64,000 nucleotides of DNA from the human T2T-CHM13v2.0 reference genome, Homo sapiens, in NCBI RefSeq assembly GCF_009914755.1, contig NC_060933.1; one strand, written 5' to 3'. Positions 55,840-64,000 of this stretch are shown in pieces. Positions within the stretch are counted from its first letter, which is position 1. The number at the start of each line of letters is the position of its first letter. Under the pieces are notes generated by a model. The model had not been told where the DNA came from and did not search any database. It saw only the letters and a program-made list of their open reading frames with translations. The position numbers and the translations under genes were made by a program.

Positions 55840-58800
55840 ATTCCATTACATTCCATTTCATTCCATTCCATTCCATTCCATTCCGTTGCATTCCATTACG
55901 GATGATTCCATTGCATTGCATTACATTCCATTCCATTCCCCTGTACTCGGGTTGATTCCATTCCATTCCATTCCAATCCATGCCATTCCACTCGTGTTGA
56001 TTCCATTCTTTCCATTCCATTCAAGTTGAATCCATTCCATTGCATTCCATTCCATTCGATTCCATTCGATTGCACTCGGGTTGATTCCATTCCATTCCAT
56101 TCCATTCCATTCTAATCCATTCCATTCCATTCCATTCCGGAAGATTCCATTCCATTTCATTCCATTCCATTCCATTCCCCTGCACTCACGTTGATTCCTT
56201 TCCATTCCATTCCATTCCATTCCATTCCGTTCCGTTCCGTTCCATTCCATTCCATTCCATTCCGTTCCGTTCCGTTCCGTTCCGTTCCATTCCATTCCAT
56301 TCCATTCTATTCGGGTTAATTCCATTCCATTCCATTCCATTCCATTCCAATCGAGTTGATTCCATTCCATTCCATTCCAGTCCATTCCATTCCATTCCAC
56401 TCCATTCCAGTCCTTTCCATTCCATTCCACTCGGCTTGATTCCAATGTATTCCTTTCCATTCCATTCCATTCCATTGCAATCGAGTTGATTCCATTGCTT
56501 TGCATTCCATTCCATTCCATTCCATTCCGGATGATTGCATTCCATTGCATTCCATTCCATTCCATTCCCCTGCACTCGGGTTGATTCCACTCCATTCCAC
56601 TCCATTTCATTCCATTCCATTCCATTCCATTGTATTCGGGTTAATTCCATTCCATTCCATTCCATTCCATTCCATTCCATTACAATCGAGTTGATTCCAT
56701 TCCATTCCATTCAATTCCAGTCCTTTCCATTCCATTCCACTCGGGTTGATTCCATTCTATTAGTTTCCATTCCATTCCATTCCCTTCCATTCCACTCTGG
56801 TTGATTCCATTCCTTTCCATTCCACTCGAATACATTCCCTCCTATTCCACTCGGAACCATTCCATTCCATTCCATTCCATTCCATTCCATTCCATTCCAT
56901 TCCATTTCGTTCCATTCCATTCTATTCCGTATCATTCCATTCCATTCCATTCCATTCCATTCCATTCCATTCCATTCCATTCCATTGTACTCGGGTTGAT
57001 TCCATTCCATTCCATTCCATTCCATTCCATTCTATTCCATTCCTTTCCGTTCCGTTCCATTCCATTGCATTCCATTCCATTCTATTCGGGTTAATTCCAT
57101 TCCATTCCATTCGATTGAAATCGAGTTGATTCCATTCCATTCCATTCCATTCCATTCCATTCCATTCTATTCCATTCCTTTCCATTCCATTACGGATGAT
57201 TCCATTCCATTGCATTCCATTCCATTCCATTCCCCTGTACTCGGGTTGATTCCATTCCATTGCATTCCAATCCATGCCATTCCACTCGTGTTGATTCCAT
57301 TCTTTCCATTCCATTCAAGTTGAATCCATTCCATTGCATTCCATTCCATTCGATTCCATTCGATTGCACTCGGGTTGATTCCATTCCATTGCATTCCATT
57401 CCATTCCATTCCATTCCATTCCATTCCATTCCGTTCCGTTCCGTTCCGTTCCGTTCCATTCCATTCCATTCCATTCTATTCGGGTTAATTCCATTCCATT
57501 CCATTCCATTCCATTCCATTCCATTCCATTCCATTCCAATCGAGTTGATTCCATTCCATTCCATTCCATTCCATTCCACTCCATTCCAGTCCTTTCCATT
57601 CCATTCCACTCGGGTTGATTCCAATGTATTCCTTTCCATTCCATTCCATTCCATTGCAATCGAGTTGATTCCATTGCTTTGCATTCCATTCCATTCCATT
57701 CCATTCCGGATGATTCCATTCCATTGCATTCCATTCCATTCCATTCCCCTGCACTCGGGTTGATTCTATTCCATTCCACTCCATTCCGTTCCATTCCATT
57801 CCATTCCATTGTATTCGGGTTAATTCCATTCCATTCCATTCCATTCCATTCCATTCCATTCCATTCCATTACAATCGAGTTGATTCCATTCCATTCCATT
57901 CCATTCCAGTCCTTTCCATTCCATTCCACTCGGGTTGATTCCATTCTATTAGTTTCCATTCCATTACATTCCCTTCCATTCCACTCTGGTTGATTCCATT
58001 CCTTTCCATTCCACTCGAATACATTCCCTCCTATTCCACTCGGAACGATTCCATTCCATTCCATTCCATTCCATTCCATTCCAGTTCGTTCCATTCCGTT
58101 CTATTCCGTTGCATTCCATTCCATTCCATTCCTTTCCATTCCATTCCTTTCTACTCGTGTTGATTCCATTACTTTCCATTCCATTCGGTTTGAAGGCATT
58201 CCATTACATTCAATTCCATTCCATTCCATTCCATTCCATTCCATTCCATTCTATTCCATTCCATTGCAATCGAGTTGAATCCATCGCCTTTCATTCCATT
58301 CCATTCCATTCCATTCCGGAAGATTCCATTCCATTGCATTCCATTCCATTCCATTCCGCTGCACTCGCGTTGATTCCATTCCATTCCATTCCATTCCGTT
58401 CCGTTCCACTCCATTCCATTCCATTCCATTCCATTCCATTCCATTCCATTCCGTTCCGTTCCATTCCATTCCATTCCATTCTATTCGGGTTAATTCCATT
58501 CCATTCCATTCGATTGCCATCGAGTTGATTCCATTCCATTCCATTCCATTCCATTCCATTCCATTCCATTCCTTTCCATTCAATTACGGATGACTCCATT
58601 CCATTGCATTCCATTCCATTCCATTCCCCTGTACTCGGGTTGATTCCATTCCATTCCATTCCACTCCATTCGTTTCCGTTGCATTCCATTCTATTGCATT
58701 CCATCTATTCAGGTTAATTCCATTCCATTCTATTCCATTCCATTCCATTCCATTCCATTGCAATGGAGTTGATTCCATTCCATTCCATTCCATTCCGGAT

Positions 58801-61800
58801 GATTCCATTCCATTGCATTCCATTCCATTCCATTCCCCTGCACTCGTGTTGATTCCATTCCCTTCCATTCCATTCCATTCCGTTCCATTCCATTCCATTC
58901 CATTCTATTCCGGTTAATTCCATTCCATTCCATTCCATTCCATTCCATTCCATTCCATTCCATTCCATTCCATTGCAATCGAGTTGATTCCATTCCATTC
59001 CTTTCCATTCCATTCCATTGCCTTGCATTCCACTCGGGTTGATTCCATTCCCTTCTTTCCACTCCAATACATTCCCTTCCATGATTGATTCCATTCCATT
59101 CCATTCCATTTCATTCCATTGAAATCCATTCCAATCCATTCCATTCCATTCCATTCCACTCGAATTGACTTCATTCCATTCCTTTCCATACCATTCCATT
59201 CCTTTCCACTCGAGTTGATTCCATTCCATTCCAATCCATTGCATTCCATTCCATGCCATTCCACTCGGGTTGATTCCATTCCTTTGCATTCTATTAAATT
59301 CCATTCCATTCCATTCCATTCCATTCCATTCCGTTGCATTCCATTCCATTACATTCGGATTGATTCTATTCAACTCCCTTACTCTCCATTACATTCCATT
59401 CCATTCGGGTTGTTCCATTCCATTCCATTCCATTCCACTCCATTCCATTACACTCGGGTTGATTCCATTCCATTCCATTCCATTCCATTCCATTCCGGAT
59501 GATTCCATTCCATTGCATTCCGTTCCATTACATTCCCCTGCACTCGCGTTGATTCCATTCCATTCCATTCCTTTCCATTCAATTCCATTCCATTACAATT
59601 CGTTCCATTCCATTCTATTCCGTACCATTCCATTCCATTCCATACCATTCCATTCCATTCCATTCCATTCCATTCCATTCCAATCCGTTCTATTCCGTTC
59701 CATTCCATTCCATTCCATTCTATTCGGGTTAATCCCATTCCATTCCATTCCATTCCATTCTATTCCATTCCTTTGCAATCGAGTTGAATCCACTGCATTT
59801 CATTCCATTCCATTCCATTCCATTCCGGAAGATTCCATTCCATTGCATTCCATTCCATGCCATTCCCCTGCACTCGCGTTGATTCCATTCCATTCCATTC
59901 CATTCCATTCCATTCCCTTCCGTTCCGTTCCATTCCATTCCATTCCATTCGATTGCAATCGAGTTGATTCCATTCCATTCCATTCCATTCCATTCCATTC
60001 CATTCAATTCCATTCCATTACAATTCGTTCCATTCCATTCTAATCCGTACCATTCCATTCCATTCCATTCCATTCCATACCATTCCATTCCATTCCATTC
60101 CATTCCATTCCATTCCGTTCCATTCCGTTCCATTCCATTCCATTCCATTCTATTCGGATTAATTCCATTCCATTCCATTCCATTCCATTCTATTCCATTC
60201 CATTGCAATCGAGTTGAATCCATTGCATTTAATTCCATTCCATTCCATTCCATTCCATTCCAGAAGATTCCATTCCATTGCATTCCATTCCATTCCATTC
60301 CCCTGCACTCGCGTTGATTCCATTCCATTCCATTCCATTCCATTCCTTTCCGTTCCGTTCCATTCCATTGCATTCCCTTCAATTCCATTCCGTTCCGTTC
60401 CATTCCATTCCATTCCATTCTATTCGGGTTAATTCCATTCCATTCCATTCGAATGCAATCGAGTTGATTCCATTCCATTCCATTCCATTCCATTCCATTC
60501 CATTCCATTCCTTTCCATTCCATTTCGGATGATTCCATTCCATTGCATTCCATTCCATTCCATTCCCCTGTACTCAGGTTGATTCCATTCCATTCCATTC
60601 CAATCCATGACATTCCATTCGTGTTGATTCCATTCTTTCCATTCCATTCAAGTTTAATCCATTCCATTGCATTCCATTCCATTCGATTCCATTCGATTGC
60701 ACTCGGGTTGATTCCATTCCATTGCATTCCATTCCATTCCATTCAATTCCATTCCGTTCCATTCCATTCCATTACATTCGGATTGATTCTATTCAACTCC
60801 CTTACACTCCATTACATTCCATTCCATTCGGGTTGTTCCATTCCATTCCATTCCATTCCACTCCATTCCATTGCACTCGGGTTGATTCCATTCAATTCCA
60901 TTCCATTCCATTCCATTCCATTCCGGAAGATTCCATTCCATTGCATTCCATTCCATTCCATTCCCCTGCACTCGCGTTGATTCCATTCCATTCCATTCTA
61001 TTCCATTCCATTCCCTTCCTTTCCGTTCCATTCCATTCCATTCCATTCCATTCATTCCATTCCGTTCCATTCCATTCCATTCCATTCCATTCTATTCGGG
61101 TTAATTCCATTCCATTCCATTCGATTGCAATCGAGTTGATTCCATTCCATTCCATTCCATTCCATTCCATTCCTTTCCTTTCCATTCCATTACGGATGAT
61201 TCCATTCCATTGCATTCCATTCCATTCCATTCCCCTGTACTCGGGTTGATTCCATTCCATTCCATTCCAATCCATGCCATTCCACTCGTGTTGATTCCAT
61301 TCTTTCCATTCCATTCAAGTTGAATCCATTCCATTGCATTCCATTCCATTCGATTCCATTTGATTGCACTCGGTTTGATTCCATTCCATTGCATTCCATT
61401 CCATTCCATTCCATTCCATTCCGTTCCATTCCATTCCATTACATTCGGATTGATTCTATTCAATTCCCTTACACTCCATTACACTCCATTCCATTCGGGT
61501 AGTTTCCATTCCATTCCATTCCATTCCTCTCCATTCCATTGAACTCGGGTTGATTCCATTCCATTGCATTCCATTCCATTCCATTCAATTCCATTCCGTT
61601 GCATTCCATTCCATTACATTCAGATTGATTCTATTCAACTCCCTTACTCTCCATTACATTCCATTCCATTCGGGTTGTTCCATTCCATTCCATTCCATTC
61701 CACTCCATTCCATTGCACTCGGGTTTATTCCATTCCATTCCATTCCATTCCATTCCATTCCATTCCATTCCATTCCGGAAGATTCCATTCCATTGCATTC

Positions 61801-64000
61801 CATTCCATTCCATTCCCCTGCACTCGCTTTGATTCCATTCCATTCCATTCCATTCCATTCCATTCCATTCCTTTCCGTTCCATTCCATTCCATTCCATTC
61901 CATTCCAATCCATTCCATTCCATTCCGTTCCGTTCCATTCCATTCCATTCTATTCGGGTTAATTCCATTCCATTCCATTCGATTGCAATCGAGTTGATTC
62001 CATTCCATTCCATTCCATTCCATTCCATTCCATTCCATTCCTTTCCATTCCATTACGGATGATTCCATTCCATTGCATTCCATTCCATTCCATTCCCCTG
62101 TACTCGGGTTGATTCCATTCCATTCCATTCCAATCCATGCCATTCCACTCGTGTTGATTCCATTCTTTCCATTCCATTCAAGTTGAATCCATTCCATTGC
62201 ATTCCATTCCATTCCATTCCCCTGCAGTCGGGTTGTTTCCATTCCATTCCATTCCATTCCATTCCATTCCATTACATTCCATTACATTCAATTCCGTTCC
62301 GTTGTACTCGTGTTGATTCCATTCCATTGCATTCCATTCCATTCCATTCCATTCCATTCCATTCCATTCCATTCCATTACATTCGGATTGATTCTATTTA
62401 ACTCCCTTACACTCCATTACATTCCATTCCATTCGGGTTGTTCCATTCCATTCCATTCCATTCCACTCCATTGCATTGCGCTCGGGTTGATTCCATTCCA
62501 TTCCCTTCCATTCCATTCCATTCCATTCCATTCCATTCTATTCTGGATGATTCCGTTCCATTGCATTCCGTTCCATTACATTCCCCTGCACTCGGGTTGA
62601 TTCCATTCCATTCCATTCCATTCCATTCGATACCATTCCATTCCAATTCTTTCCATTCCATTCTATTCCGTACCATTCCATTCCATTCCATAGAATTCCA
62701 TTCCATTCCATTCCACTCCGTTCCGTTCCGTTCCGTTCTGTTCCGTTCCATTCCATTCCATTCCATTCTATTCGGTTTAATTCCATTCCATTCCATTCCA
62801 TGCCATTCCATTCTATTCCATTCTATTGCAATCGAGGTGAATCCATTGCATTCCATTCCATTGCATTCCATTCCATTCCATTCCGGAAGATTCCATTCCA
62901 TTGCATTCCATTCCATTCCATTCCATTCCAGTCCTTTCCATTCCTTTCCATTCCATTACTGATGATTCCATTCCATTCCATTCCATTCCATTCCATTCCA
63001 TTCCGTTCCCTTCCATTCCATTCCATTCCATTCTATTCGGGTTAATTCCATTCCATTCCATTCCATTCCATTCCATTCCAATCGAGTTGATTCCATTCCA
63101 TTCCATTCCATTCCATTCCACTCCATTCCAGTCCTTTCCATTCCATTCCACTCGGGTTGATTCCAATGTATTCCTTTCCATTCCATTCCATTCCATTGCA
63201 ATGGAGTTGATTCCATTGCTTTGCATTCCATTCCATTCCATTCCATTCCGGATGATTCCATTCCATTGCATTCCATTCCATTCCATTCCCCTGCACTCGG
63301 GTTGATTCCATTCCATTCCACTCCATTCCGTTCCATTCCATTCCATTCCAATGTATTAGGGTTAATTCCATTCCATACCATTCCATTCCATTCCATTCCA
63401 TTCCATTACAATCGAGTTGATTCCATTCCATTCCATTCCATTCCAGTCCTTTCCATTCCATTCCACTCGTGTTGATTCCATTCTATTAGTTTCCATTCCA
63501 TTCCATTCCCTTCCTTTCCACTCTGGTTGATTCCATTCCTTTCCATTCCACTCGAAAACATCCCTCCTATTCCACTCGGAACGATTCCATTCCATTCCAT
63601 TCCATTCCATTCCATTCCATTCCATTCCATTCCTCTGCTTTCCATTGCACTCGGGTTGATTCCATTCCATTGCATTCCATTCCATTCCATTCAATTCCAT
63701 TCCGTTCCATTCCATTCCATTTCATTCGGATTGATTCTATTCAACTCCCTTACTCTCCATTACATTCCATTCCATTCGGGTTGTTCCATTCCATTCCATT
63801 CCATTCCACTCCATTCCATTGCACTCGGGTTGATTCCATTCTATTCCATTCCATTCCATTCCATTCCATTCCATTCCGGAAGATTCCATTCCATTGCATT
63901 CCATTCCATTCCATTCCCCTGCACTCGCGTTGATTCCATTCCATTCCATTCTATTCCATTCCATTCCCTTCCTTTCCGTTCCATTCCATTCCATTCCATT
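54871..64000 (-). repeat. HSat3 array in inverted orientation, (ATTCC)n on +
   Basis: From 54871 (cactcgggttgattccattc...) the same pentamers and modules appear as reverse complements through to the window end. Confidence 0.97.

Noticed and set aside
1-64000. CRISPR-like pattern of recurring CAACCCGAGTGC motifs separated by spacers
   Set aside because: The spacers are themselves GGAAT repeats of variable length rather than unique sequences. There are no cas genes or leader, and the motif is the known Sat III 10-mer.
1-64000. Assignment to a specific chromosome or HSat3 subfamily (e.g. 9q12 or acrocentric arms)
   Set aside because: This needs subfamily-specific k-mer comparison or alignment to T2T human and ape assemblies, which cannot be done by eye.

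Overview
The whole 64 kb is classical satellite DNA of the Human Satellite 3 (HSat3 / Satellite III) type: tandem GGAAT/ATTCC pentamers punctuated by the 10-bp CAACCCGAGT element and related modules. It is most likely human or great-ape pericentromeric heterochromatin; chromosome and subfamily cannot be fixed by eye. I find no credible genes, RNA genes, transposons or CRISPR arrays. All ORFs are the stop-free MEWNG/IPFHS translations of the pentamer. The array is layered. (i) 1-~29180 is a homogeneous higher-order repeat (HOR) with complete units of 6393, 4213, 6218 and 6428 bp plus a truncated fifth unit, in the order A-B-C-A'-C'. (ii) A 1.33-kb duplication straddles the HOR edge. (iii) ~30.5-37.7 kb has a ~3-kb period. 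(iv) A more diverged mosaic of ~0.85-kb modules runs to 54.87 kb. (v) The strand switches abruptly at a TGCA (54869-54872), and the array is ATTCC on + from there on. The most notable observations are two. First, the strand switch is the centre of an in-register ~0.82-kb-arm imperfect palindrome, a fold-back inversion signature. Second, a recurrent variant, GGAATCTTCCGGAAT, is a perfect three-unit heat-shock element that is toggled by one base between HOR units. Counts and boundaries were made by eye and are approximate unless exact coordinates are given.
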